Of a stretch of DNA of 34,722 nucleotides, positions 17,676 to 26,265 are shown one piece after another. Origin of the DNA: a virus; the IMG/VR virus record IMGVR_UViG_3300028025_000010, positions 1-34,722 of that record; one strand, written 5' to 3'. The translations under genes and the position numbers were made by a program. A model generated the notes under the pieces. That model saw only the letters and a program-made list of their open reading frames with translations. It did not search any database and had not been told where the DNA came from. Numbering within the stretch: position 1 is the stretch's first letter; the number at the start of each line of letters is the position of its first letter.

Positions 17676-18623
17676 TCAAGATAAGTCGAAAGCACCACCA
17701 TGAGCAGCTTCATTGCGAACTTCGAGGGTCAATTCAGCCAAGATTTGTTTCTTGTCTGCATCGCCTACTTTAGCAATGTCGTTGGTCTGGAATGGGCGGA
17801 GGTACGCTAATGCTGCATACTCAGGATCGAGTACGAGGGCATCACGAGTACGCATAAAGCGATTAGGAACGATCTGCAATACACCAAAGTCGGACTGATA
17901 TAAATCAGCACCGGCTAAAATGGTTGCTTGACCACTCGTAGGCACTTGGTAGCGTTGTGCTGCCAAACCTGTAAAGCCTGATACTACTTGCTTTTGTGCA
18001 GGGCTAACAAACAAAGCTGAAGGTGTGCCACCGCTTGAGAATACTTTAGCGATAACATCTTTGAGGATGGTCTCGGTAAATGTGCGGGTTGATCCATCTG
18101 TACGAGTAGAGACACCAAGGGTTGTTGGGTCTACACCAGTAAGTGAAGTACCATTCTTGCTTGTGTTGGTCTTAATGTACGAGAGCAAAGAACCCATCTT
18201 ACGAGCAGACGAACCAGACGAACCTGCTGTCTGACCTTGGTTTGCTGTGATGATGGTCTCGATGTCGCGCTTGATTTCAGCAGATGCTTTAGCCAACTGG
18301 TAAGCCATCTCAGACTTACGACCAGCAAGGTCAGAAGCCAAGAGAGTACCAGAAACCATAACAGTCTTACCTACGATCTGTGTCAAGTTTGCGAGACGGG
18401 TTGTTGGGGTAATAGTACCCTCAGAAGCGGATGCACCTTCAACTAATGCGTTAGCTGTGGTTGCTGCTGCGAGACTATCAGTTTGCCATTCATGCGTAAC
18501 CGATGTTGCTTTGGTTTTGCCAATGGATGACATGATTGGGGTGTCGGTAGGGCTGATGTCATAAATAACATCTGTTAAGTCCTCACGAGCACCAATTGCT
18601 GTGTAGCGATCATATGCTGCCAT
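17676..18623 (-). CDS. Major capsid protein (HK97 fold, SU10/DUF5309-like family).
   Basis: GAREDLTDVIYDISPTDTPIMSSIGKTKATSVTHEWQTDSLA is the hallmark N-terminal signature. The gene follows the scaffold gene. Confidence 0.85.
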   Translation of the reverse strand: MAAYDRYTAIGAREDLTDVIYDISPTDTPIMSSIGKTKATSVTHEWQTDSLAAATTANALVEGASASEGTITPTTRLANLTQIVGKTVMVSGTLLASDLAGRKSEMAYQLAKASAEIKRDIETIITANQGQTAGSSGSSARKMGSLLSYIKTNTSKNGTSLTGVDPTTLGVSTRTDGSTRTFTETILKDVIAKVFSSGGTPSALFVSPAQKQVVSGFTGLAAQRYQVPTSGQATILAGADLYQSDFGVLQIVPNRFMRTRDALVLDPEYAALAYLRPFQTNDIAKVGDADKKQILAELTLEVRNEAAHGGAFDLS

Positions 18624-18635
18624 GATTAAATTCCT

Positions 18636-19592
18636 TTATAAAAATCGTTCAAATAAACGAGCTGCATCCTTTTTATTGCCAGATTGGCGTAATGCTGCTC
18701 TATCTTTTTTTGCTGTTTCATTCTCGGAACTCTGCGGATTAGATGTTCCTGGTCGAATAGTCTTAGGAGCATTGGCTACTTTCTTAGAAGTAACACCTTT
18801 GCCTGCCATCAACTTATCGTACTGTGCTGCTTTATAGAGGGCTAGTACAGCGCGACTATCGTAAACCTGAGACAACTCTTGATCGGTAAATCCTTGAGCC
18901 TTTGCATAATTGCGTATGTCTCTACGGATTACTTCGGCTTTCACATCGTCTTTAAACTCTGGGATAGCCTCTACAAGTTTTGCCTGTTCTGCTTGGATAT
19001 GCTTTTGCAACTGTGCTTGAGTATAAGACTGCTGTTCTTGTTGAACTCGCTGTCTTTCCATCTGCACCGCTTGCAACTGCTTATCTCTTTCCATCTTCTC
19101 TCCCATTGCAACTGCGTAAGCAATCGGATCTTCTGCCTTGAGTAATGCTAGGTCTTGGCTTTGATCTTGTTGCTGTAACAATTGTTCAATGACTTGGAGT
19201 CGTTGGGCATAGGTTTCTCTAGTCTTTGCTGCTTCATCAATCTTTACTCGATCAGCCTCTACAGCCTTTCGTTGTTCCGCTAAAGATTGAGTTTTCTTCT
19301 GATAATCGGCAGTCCTACTGTAACCATTCAAAAGTTCATCAAGGCTAACTTCCACTTCTTCACCAGAGACTTTAACTCGGTATTTTGGGAGTTCCTCTAC
19401 TTCTTCTTCTTGGCTTTCAGCTTCTTCTGCACTTACATCTTGCTCCTCGGACTCGGCAGAATACTCTGCCTCACTAGGTTCTGGTTGGGCTTTCGCCTCC
19501 TCCGCTTGTGGTTCAAGAAAAGACATAAATGCATTAGCTGCACCTGATACAGAATTGTCTACACTCCCTTGTGGGTTGGTGTTTTCACTCAT
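18636..19592 (-). CDS. Scaffolding protein.
   Basis: It has an acidic N-terminus (EAEYSAESEEQDVSAEEAESQEEEVEE) and a long Q/E/K coiled coil. It lies between the portal and capsid genes. Confidence 0.7.
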   Translation of the reverse strand: MSENTNPQGSVDNSVSGAANAFMSFLEPQAEEAKAQPEPSEAEYSAESEEQDVSAEEAESQEEEVEELPKYRVKVSGEEVEVSLDELLNGYSRTADYQKKTQSLAEQRKAVEADRVKIDEAAKTRETYAQRLQVIEQLLQQQDQSQDLALLKAEDPIAYAVAMGEKMERDKQLQAVQMERQRVQQEQQSYTQAQLQKHIQAEQAKLVEAIPEFKDDVKAEVIRRDIRNYAKAQGFTDQELSQVYDSRAVLALYKAAQYDKLMAGKGVTSKKVANAPKTIRPGTSNPQSSENETAKKDRAALRQSGNKKDAARLFERFL

Positions 19593-19610
19593 TTTCGACC
19601 TCTATGGTTG

Positions 19611-19841
19611 TTAAAAAACCTTTACACGCTTCTTTTCAATTTCGCCATTGTGTGCGATTGATTGAATAGATGCTTCAAATTCCTCTAGTGCCTTTAGTTT
19701 GACTAAGGCTCTTTCTCTACCTTCTACATCATGCTCGGCAGAACTAAAGATATACGACTTGAATGAGTCTTTCTGAGCCTGTAATAGCTCTTGGAAAAAC
19801 TCATCACCTAATAATGTTTTAGCTCTGTCGGTTGTATTCAT
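19611..19841 (-). CDS. Small hypothetical protein between portal and scaffold.
   Basis: 76-aa helical ORF whose start overlaps the portal stop by 4 nt. Confidence 0.5.
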   Translation of the reverse strand: MNTTDRAKTLLGDEFFQELLQAQKDSFKSYIFSSAEHDVEGRERALVKLKALEEFEASIQSIAHNGEIEKKRVKVF

Positions 19842-21850
19842 CCAGGTATCCTGACATCACCTGTTAATTTAGCACCGACTTGTGCTGCTTTTAACTGAGC
19901 CTCTGCTTGGAACTCTGCTGTTTTGAGTTCTAGGTTAGCTGCTGCCTTCTCTCTTTCGAGTTGGATAGAGGCTTGTGCTTTAGCCTTGGCAATCTCAATT
20001 TCGTTGATTGCTTTGGCTCTGTCTGTTTCAATCTGTGCCTGTGCCTGTTGCATCATCATGTCTAACGCAGGGTTAGGCTGTTGTTGTAGTGGCTGTGGCT
20101 GAGACAACTGTTGGTCTAGCTCTGGTGGAATCTCTTTAAAGAACTCCATCGAGTCTTTGTACCCTGCTGCCTCGATAAACTTACCAAGTGTGTTGCGATA
20201 CTGACCTACGCTGACTAACGGATTAGCAAAGCCTTGAGTCTGTAGAATCTGCTCTTGTTTCTGCATAACCATCGCTGCCATCGCCATCTTCTGATCTTGG
20301 CTACCTGTGCCTAGACCGACATTGACTGTTACATCGTAGTTGTTCTTCCACTCTCTTGGGTCGATAGAGACATACTTGCCTCGTAAACGAATGACCCTTG
20401 GCTTGTCCTGATACTTTAGGATCAAGTGGAAAATGCCTGCGAATAAGTCTTTTACACCTGTATCGGCAAAGATTCTAGCAATCATCTCTATACGACCAGA
20501 GCCTGCTTGTTGCATCGCTGCAATCGCTGTGGCTGTGGTGTTTTGTAGAATGTTAGGATCTATGCCTTGGCTTGTAGAAGTAACACCTGAACGCTTCTGC
20601 AATACCTGATCCATGTAGTCAAGCATTGGGAACGACTGTGATGCTGTTGCCGGTACAGATAATGGCTGAACCGCACCTTGAGACTTAATCCTCACTACAC
20701 CGCCTGGTGATGTGGTTAGTAGGTCATCTAGGTTTACTTGTCCATCTAGGGCTGTAACCCTAGGCATATTGGTAAGGTACAGGTTATCTAGGATCTGACG
20801 AGTAATCGTAGACTTAATAAGCTGTATGTCCATTGCTCTGTCGGCTAGACTCTGACCAAAGAACTTGTGTGGCATAGGAATAGGGCAGATGCTTGCAAAG
20901 GGAATATGATCTGTTTCCTCGTTGTCAATAATCTGATCGCCTGCATAGACTACCTTGCGGAGTTCTGCAATCCCATCACCATCAAAGTCGGTACGAATAT
21001 AGCACTCAAACAACTCTACTTCTTGCATCGTAAAGTCTAGGCTTTGTGTCTCGTCTGGCATCTCGCCTGCGCTGTACCTTGCTACTCTCTCAGGAGTATA
21101 TGTAAGGTCGTTGTACGCTGGCATCTTGTCCACTTGTTTCTGTGGATAGCCCATAGCGATTAAGTCTGATCGTGTCTTGACTGTGCGATGTGCGACAAAT
21201 TTGGCGTTCTTGATGCTCTTATCGCGCTTGGCGATTAAGAACTCCTCTGGTGGCACATTCTCTACACAGACCTTACCGACTTCTTTTTTCTTCTTAATGA
21301 CTACATTGTAAGAAAGGATAGGCATACCCATTGGGTCTATGCCGACTTCCTCGGTCTCTTGGCTGATTAACTCCATCTCGTCATCAGCAAACAGAAGTGT
21401 TAGTTCTTCTGCGTTCAGACCTTTGTATTCTTCCTTGGTAGGATCTTCGCTATCTTCCCACCAATACTTTACGATTCCGTTCTTCTGTAGAAGTGCATCC
21501 TTCATCCAGTTATGCATGAGGATAACACCATCGTTATCGTTGAAGAACACATAGTTCGTAAGTTCGGTAGCTTGCTTGGCGAACTCCTCGTCTCCTGGCA
21601 TCCTTGGATCAAAACGACCTAATTGGTCTGAACCAGTAAAGATACGCATTAACTGAGGTAAAGCACCATCTACGACCTCGGCTACTTCGCCTGTTACGAT
21701 CTTAGAACGACCATCTATCTCGTTGCCATACTCGTAACGATTGTAGTAGTTGATCGCCTTTGTGCGTTGCTCTACTGTTTCGGTCTCTACATAGCCGATA
21801 GCATCATCTATCTCTGCTTCGAGAATGATCTTTAGTTTCTGTTCATCCAT
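19838..21850 (-). CDS. Portal protein (P22-like portal family).
   Basis: INYYNRYEYGNEIDGRSKIVTGEVAEVVDGALPQLMRIF matches the portal signature (grS.vvs.dv.d..e...P.lmrif). It is 670 aa and follows TerL. Confidence 0.85.
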   Translation of the reverse strand: MDEQKLKIILEAEIDDAIGYVETETVEQRTKAINYYNRYEYGNEIDGRSKIVTGEVAEVVDGALPQLMRIFTGSDQLGRFDPRMPGDEEFAKQATELTNYVFFNDNDGVILMHNWMKDALLQKNGIVKYWWEDSEDPTKEEYKGLNAEELTLLFADDEMELISQETEEVGIDPMGMPILSYNVVIKKKKEVGKVCVENVPPEEFLIAKRDKSIKNAKFVAHRTVKTRSDLIAMGYPQKQVDKMPAYNDLTYTPERVARYSAGEMPDETQSLDFTMQEVELFECYIRTDFDGDGIAELRKVVYAGDQIIDNEETDHIPFASICPIPMPHKFFGQSLADRAMDIQLIKSTITRQILDNLYLTNMPRVTALDGQVNLDDLLTTSPGGVVRIKSQGAVQPLSVPATASQSFPMLDYMDQVLQKRSGVTSTSQGIDPNILQNTTATAIAAMQQAGSGRIEMIARIFADTGVKDLFAGIFHLILKYQDKPRVIRLRGKYVSIDPREWKNNYDVTVNVGLGTGSQDQKMAMAAMVMQKQEQILQTQGFANPLVSVGQYRNTLGKFIEAAGYKDSMEFFKEIPPELDQQLSQPQPLQQQPNPALDMMMQQAQAQIETDRAKAINEIEIAKAKAQASIQLEREKAAANLELKTAEFQAEAQLKAAQVGAKLTGDVRIPG

Positions 21851-23137
21851 TTATACGATCCATGAAGTTTTTACTGTTATCGGTTGCGACCAAGTAGTGT
21901 TTTGTTCCATTCCTAATGCTAAATAACGAAAGCTATCGCTGCCATGACTTGCCCAGTCGTGCATTGGCTTGTCAAAAAAGACATTACGCTTTTCATCATA
22001 ATCGCGCCTATAGTTCCTAAGACAGTCTAGCCCTTGCTTTACCTGTGGCATATTGAACCAACATCTCGGTAAGAGTCTACGGACTGCCTGAATACCATCA
22101 TCTACAGAAAGTCTTGGCAGAACCCGAACATCTAGTCCAGCTTCTCTCAACACTTCCAATCTGCTCTTGCCTGTGCCTAGTTCTCTTACTTCCACATCGT
22201 GTGGTAGGAGTTGCTCTGCTTTCTCCCACTTATTATCTTTTAGCCAGTTGACATACCAATCGAGTCCTTGACCATGATTCTCTACATAGTCTAGTAGTCT
22301 TACTTCTTGTCCTGTTACTTGTGCAGTCCACAAAGCTGTGGAGTCTCCCATTCCGAGATCCCATGCTACATATGCCCTACATAGATCATCTCGATCTATA
22401 TTGCACATCCTACCTTTTTCTTCTGCCTCGTTGAGAAGTTTTCCGTAATAGCTTCCCTCCACAGCAGCCGAAAATGAACACTCGAACTCTTGATTGTACT
22501 TATCGTCTCCCATTTCTTTTCTGGCAGACCATAACTCTTGTTCATCTATTAGCTTTGTTTCGCTTGCCTTAAACTGTAGTGCTGCCCATCCTTCTTCTTT
22601 TCCTGCTCTGTCGAACAAGTCCTTGAAGTGGTTATTGCCCTTGGGTGTGCCAATAAACAGACAAAACCCTTTTCTGTCTGCCAAACTGGGTCTCAGGATC
22701 TCGTTCCATATTTTTGGGTTCTGATCACCTATTTCATCTAAAACTGATCCGTCAAAGTATTGACCTCTGAGTGAGTCTGGGTTGTCTGATCCGTATAACT
22801 GTATTCGTCTACCAAAGAAGTCTACTCTTAACTCCGCTATATTAGCTGTAGCATCTAGTGGTCTTACAAAGTTTGTAAGGTAATCCCAAGCTACTCTCTT
22901 AGCCTGGCTATATGTCGGTGCAATATACGCATACCTAGGGTTAGGCTTGTCGTTTTCCATCGCTGCTTTGATTAGCGCGTTCAGAGCTTGTACTGTTTTA
23001 CCCATCCTACGATGTGCCACTACTACTACGAAACGATTGTTCTCCATCGCCTCATGTATCTGTAACTGTGGTTCTCTTGGCTTGTAAGGGATGACTACTC
23101 TTTTTACTTCGTCATCTGCGTACTCTACTTCTCCCAA
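21851..23137 (-). CDS. terL: Terminase large subunit.
   Basis: Walker A-like VVAHRRMGKT, Walker B SVLDEIGD, and nuclease motifs AWDLGMGDSTAL and HDWASHGSDSFRY. Confidence 0.9.
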   Translation of the reverse strand: MGEVEYADDEVKRVVIPYKPREPQLQIHEAMENNRFVVVVAHRRMGKTVQALNALIKAAMENDKPNPRYAYIAPTYSQAKRVAWDYLTNFVRPLDATANIAELRVDFFGRRIQLYGSDNPDSLRGQYFDGSVLDEIGDQNPKIWNEILRPSLADRKGFCLFIGTPKGNNHFKDLFDRAGKEEGWAALQFKASETKLIDEQELWSARKEMGDDKYNQEFECSFSAAVEGSYYGKLLNEAEEKGRMCNIDRDDLCRAYVAWDLGMGDSTALWTAQVTGQEVRLLDYVENHGQGLDWYVNWLKDNKWEKAEQLLPHDVEVRELGTGKSRLEVLREAGLDVRVLPRLSVDDGIQAVRRLLPRCWFNMPQVKQGLDCLRNYRRDYDEKRNVFFDKPMHDWASHGSDSFRYLALGMEQNTTWSQPITVKTSWIV

Positions 23138-23430
23138 GCGACCACCATCTTAAAGATTCCACCTTCTGCATTACTTAGTTCGGTAGTGTTGACAGGCTTA
23201 CCATCTATCCTGTCCATAACTTCCTTGATTGCCCAAGGCTCTCCGGCTTCTGCTGACTTGACTAACTTCTCGGTAATGTTCCTGAGTTTCTTACGATCCT
23301 CTTGTACTAGGGCTATTCTTAATGCATCGTAAAAGAGCTTTCCCTTCTTTGCATTTTGGTTGCCTGGTTGTGCGCCTCCCTTATCACTTGATTCGGGTGT
23401 TATGTTTTTGTTTTCTGTAGAGTTTTCCAT
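23125..23430 (-). CDS. terS: Terminase small subunit-like protein.
   Basis: GGAQPGNQNAKKG is an N-terminal motif common in small terminases. The gene is directly upstream of terL and overlaps it. Confidence 0.55.
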   Translation of the reverse strand: MENSTENKNITPESSDKGGAQPGNQNAKKGKLFYDALRIALVQEDRKKLRNITEKLVKSAEAGEPWAIKEVMDRIDGKPVNTTELSNAEGGIFKMVVAWEK

Positions 23431-23464
23431 TCCATTCCCTGTGGGTTGATGGTTGATGATGTTG

Positions 23465-24001
23465 CTATTCTACAACAGATTTAACTAGTACGACCTTCAT
23501 GCTATCTACCATCCTAGGTAGGATTGTTAGCATTTGGTCTGATATATTCATTTCTTCTGCTAGTTTGCTTTTGACAAACTGTAGTTCTTTTACAACAAAC
23601 TTATCTTTCCACCCTAGATACCAATGCCAATCTGTGTAGTAGAGCCAACTGTTTTCGTTAAATGCTCTGACATGGGTTGGGTCTTGCCATGCTCCTAGGC
23701 TTAGATCGTATGGCACATGGATGTGGAACTCTCCACCTTCTACAAGTAGATCCTTGCAGTTTGTCATTGCCTTTACTAAGTCTGGGATATGCTCTAAGAC
23801 ATCGTTAGCGATAATCTTAGTAAACATTCCTTGTTCTACTTTTATCTCTCCGAATCTTGTAGAGATTGTTTCTCCCCAAGGTATCTTGGTAATGTCTAGC
23901 ACCCAATCTGGTTTCTTGCTTTCCTGTATGTCTGCGTTTAGACAGTCATCTCGAAAGTCTTTTCCGCTACCTAGATTAAGAGTTTTTTCTGTAAACAACA
24001 A
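23465..24001 (-). CDS. Class I SAM-dependent methyltransferase (Methyltransf_11/23-like).
   Basis: LNLGSGKDFRDDCLNADI (motif I), IIANDVLEHIPD, LLVEGGEFHIHVP and QDPTHVRAF. No DPPY/NPPY or PCQ DNA-methyltransferase motif is present. Confidence 0.7.
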   Translation of the reverse strand: MLFTEKTLNLGSGKDFRDDCLNADIQESKKPDWVLDITKIPWGETISTRFGEIKVEQGMFTKIIANDVLEHIPDLVKAMTNCKDLLVEGGEFHIHVPYDLSLGAWQDPTHVRAFNENSWLYYTDWHWYLGWKDKFVVKELQFVKSKLAEEMNISDQMLTILPRMVDSMKVVLVKSVVE

Positions 24002-24482
24002 TAAAGTCTTTCCAATAGCCTTCCATCACAGTAGTATATTCTACAGTAATGTCGTATGCGTTTCGCTTTGCCCAAGTCTTTAATGCCCCTGCTGCATCTG
24101 GATAAAATCTCCAGCAATCTACAGGAAAGGCATGATAATCACCTACCGATGGTGCGTTAATGTAGAACAATCCTCTTGGTTTAAGTATTCTGAGTGCTTC
24201 TAAAAATGTTATCCAAAACATTTCTGAATGCTCAAAACAAGAACTTGTAACAATCATATCTGCATAGTTATCTGGCAGAGGGAATGTATAAGCATCCTCT
24301 AGCACAATATCTACACCTTTTGCTTCTTGAAAATCTAACCCTACATAATTGCTTGGTGGTGCTACATCTCTGATGCTTCCATTAACATTTTGAGAACCTA
24401 TTTCTACAATTGTTGGGTTTACAAATTCACTTGAATAAGTTTGGAAGAACGCTGTTGCTGATTGCATTGCAGTTGGATGCAT
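23976..24482 (-). CDS. Class I SAM-dependent methyltransferase (second, distinct copy).
   Basis: IVEIGSQNVNGSIR (motif I), VGLDF, ADMIVTSSCFEHSE and LKPRGLFYINAPS. Confidence 0.65.
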   Translation of the reverse strand: MHPTAMQSATAFFQTYSSEFVNPTIVEIGSQNVNGSIRDVAPPSNYVGLDFQEAKGVDIVLEDAYTFPLPDNYADMIVTSSCFEHSEMFWITFLEALRILKPRGLFYINAPSVGDYHAFPVDCWRFYPDAAGALKTWAKRNAYDITVEYTTVMEGYWKDFIVVYRKNS

Positions 24483-24773
24483 TTACCACTTAACCTTGTC
24501 TGCCCAGTACGCTGCACTCATCTTGCCTTTAGCGATGTTGCTTGCATGACGAGCCTTAAATGACTTTCTTCTTGCCTTGTCTGCTGCCGACTCACCTTCT
24601 CTTGGTGGGCTACCTGTCATTCCTTGCTGACCAAAACGGATGGTCTTTACCTTATCACCCTCTTTTGCTACGACTACATGGCTTTTAGTAGGGTGGCTAG
24701 GTGTCTTTTTGGGTTTGTTATACCCTGCTACACCAATCCGTTCTAGGACTCCTGCAGCTTCTCTAATCTTCAC
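24483..24773 (-). CDS. Conserved basic 96-aa protein with a GTG start; function unknown.
   Basis: GYNKPKKTPSHPTKSHVVVAKEGDKVKTIRFGQQG...KSFKARHASNIAKGKMSAAYWADKVKW is a family I recall from marine phages. The GTG overlaps the upstream TGA as GTGA. Confidence 0.5.
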   Translation of the reverse strand: MKIREAAGVLERIGVAGYNKPKKTPSHPTKSHVVVAKEGDKVKTIRFGQQGMTGSPPREGESAADKARRKSFKARHASNIAKGKMSAAYWADKVKW

Positions 24774-24928
24774 TTTTTGTATCGAGCAGACTTACTGGCT
24801 TCAGCCATAGCAATCGCCATAGCTTGTTTAGGGTTCTTGACTACCTTATTAGACTTGCCAGAATGTAGAGTTCCTTCTTTGTACTCACCCATTACTTTGC
24901 CAATCTTCTTCTGTGCCTTGGTCATCAT
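24770..24928 (-). CDS. 52-aa basic protein, DUF6496-like (not in the ORF track).
   Basis: MMTKAQKKIGKVMGEYKEGTLHSGKSNKVVKNPKQAMAIAMAEASKSARYKK. The KVMhEfKeGtLhSG..g.kV..rkQAiAIAlsEA pattern is recalled from memory. The start is coupled to the upstream stop as ATGA. Confidence 0.5.
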   Translation of the reverse strand: MMTKAQKKIGKVMGEYKEGTLHSGKSNKVVKNPKQAMAIAMAEASKSARYKK

Positions 24929-25083
24929 TTTTTAGCTTTCATTGGCTTTGCTGTTTTAGCTGCCTGTTTAAATGCCTTGGCAGTAGGCGCGCCTGCTGTG
25001 CCTGGCTTACGCATCTTCTCGCCTGATCCTTCGGCTATGCGTTTTCTCTTTGCTGCGATATTTCCGTAAAGACTATTCTTCAT
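24925..25083 (-). CDS. 52-aa lysine-rich protein (internal start of the 81-aa track ORF).
   Basis: MKNSLYGNIAAKRKRIAEGSGEKMRKPGTAGAPTAKAFKQAAKTAKPMKAKK. ATG 25083 lies 8 nt inside the end of the upstream gene. The longer 5' extension would overlap that gene by 98 nt. Confidence 0.5.
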   Translation of the reverse strand: MKNSLYGNIAAKRKRIAEGSGEKMRKPGTAGAPTAKAFKQAAKTAKPMKAKK

Positions 25084-25444
25084 CTTCCATCTCCATTTCT
25101 TCTTCCGATCCTTTGGCTTCCCAAGCCTGACAGCCATTCTCATCAGCACATACAAAGTCGAATATAGCACAATGACCCATGCCCTTACCTACTCCGCACT
25201 TAGTCATTTCTTCGCCTGTTTCGTAGTATTCGCAGGCTTTGCACTTGCCCTCACCATCTTTGCGCGACCCATAATTGGCAGTCAAAATGGCTTTCTTCTT
25301 GTTGCCCTTGTTTATATCGGCATCAACAGTAGATAGTGGGCAAGACTCGGTATCGGACTCTAATAGACCGCCCTCGGACTTCTCAGCCATCTTAGGCTCT
25401 TTGCCAAGGAGTCCAATCATTATCGACATACCTTTTTCTTTCAT
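25073..25444 (-). CDS. Cys-rich acidic protein with a HiPIP-like cysteine pattern (start uncertain).
   Basis: GKCKACEYYETGEEMTKCGVGKGMGHCAIFDFVCADENGCQAWEAK compares with HiPIP C-x2-C ... G-C-x-l-F ... G-W-C-x-x-W. It has an acidic tail, EEEMEMEDEE. Confidence 0.3.
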   Translation of the reverse strand: MKEKGMSIMIGLLGKEPKMAEKSEGGLLESDTESCPLSTVDADINKGNKKKAILTANYGSRKDGEGKCKACEYYETGEEMTKCGVGKGMGHCAIFDFVCADENGCQAWEAKGSEEEMEMEDEE

Positions 25445-25454
25445 ATATCACCCG

Positions 25455-25481
25455 AAAAAATAGCCCTATTGCTAGGGCTAT
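25455..25481 (-). terminator. Rho-independent terminator inside the late operon.
   Basis: The minus-strand RNA is AUAGCCCUA-GCAA-UAGGGCUAU followed by UUUUU: a perfect 9-bp stem, a 4-nt loop and a U-run (6 U counting the last stem base). Confidence 0.75.
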
Positions 25482-25523
25482 GGAAGAAGAATCACTAAAT
25501 TCTGGGTGCAATGACCCAAGGAA

Positions 25524-25552
25524 ATTATACAATTGTTTATTAATTTTGTGAA
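25524..25552 (-). promoter_or_regulatory. Sigma70-type promoter, TTCACA-N17-TATAAT, about 60 nt upstream of the terminator (PR'-like).
   Basis: On the minus strand the -35 TTCACA is at 25552-25547 and the -10 TATAAT at 25529-25524, with a 17-nt spacer. The -35 sits in the last codons of the GT gene. Confidence 0.55.
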
Positions 25553-26265
25553 GTAAACCATTGTTGATGGAGTTCCGGCATATTTTCTTTTATCCATTGC
25601 TCTGCCTCTCGGTGGTTCTTGCCATGATCCATTCCGATAGTTTGGCTACCGACATGGTGGACATAAGACCGACTGACATAGTTTTTGTATCCGTTTGCCC
25701 TAATTTCTAGGCATTGAATGTCATCCGAAAACCAATTTATAGGCTTGTAATCTACCCATTTGTCCTTATGTATATAACCAAACAAAGGAGAAATAATATC
25801 TGTAGGAATTATTTTTCCTTCTTCTACATATCGGATGCCTTCCCTTTGCTTGAACTCTCGGATGTTTTGGTAGCCACGAACATAGTCCGATTTAGCCGAC
25901 ACCCAAGCAGTATCCTCTGGCAATAGTTCTACATCTTTTAACATTAAACAATAAGAACTAGGGGTTAATACTATGTCATCGTTGGCTACGATTACCTCAT
26001 CAAACATTTGGTAAGCACAATGTACTACTTGGTTATATGAATCCCCAAAATTATTGCCTTCATTCCGTATATTGATAGTCCTATGCCTAGGAAGCCTTAG
26101 ATCGCTTCCAGAGACGAAAACAGTAACATCTAGTGGCACATACTGGTCTATGCTCGCTAACAGCACAGGGAGGCATTTAGCAGTCTTAGTGGCTATTACG
26201 ATTGGTACATTTCTCACAGACGAACCTTTCGTTAATCCCATTGTTGTATATCTCGAAAATCCCAT
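25540..26265 (-). CDS. Family-2-like glycosyltransferase (GT-A fold).
   Basis: VPIVIATKTAKCLPVLLASIDQYVP, NFGDSYNQ and DEVIVANDDIVLTP together give the typical GT2 N-terminal half. Confidence 0.6.
   Translation of the reverse strand: MGFSRYTTMGLTKGSSVRNVPIVIATKTAKCLPVLLASIDQYVPLDVTVFVSGSDLRLPRHRTINIRNEGNNFGDSYNQVVHCAYQMFDEVIVANDDIVLTPSSYCLMLKDVELLPEDTAWVSAKSDYVRGYQNIREFKQREGIRYVEEGKIIPTDIISPLFGYIHKDKWVDYKPINWFSDDIQCLEIRANGYKNYVSRSYVHHVGSQTIGMDHGKNHREAEQWIKENMPELHQQWFTSQN

Noticed and set aside
17651-23476. Identical 11-mer TATTCTACAAC at 17651 and 23466, and scattered TCTACA/TGTAGA copies elsewhere (for example 10550, 24040, 30670, 31476, 33590).
   Set aside because: The hexamer is expected by chance roughly 17 times in 34.6 kb counting both strands. 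The copy at 23466 is simply the codons ..VVE-stop. Only the six-copy cluster and the palindromes were treated as signal.
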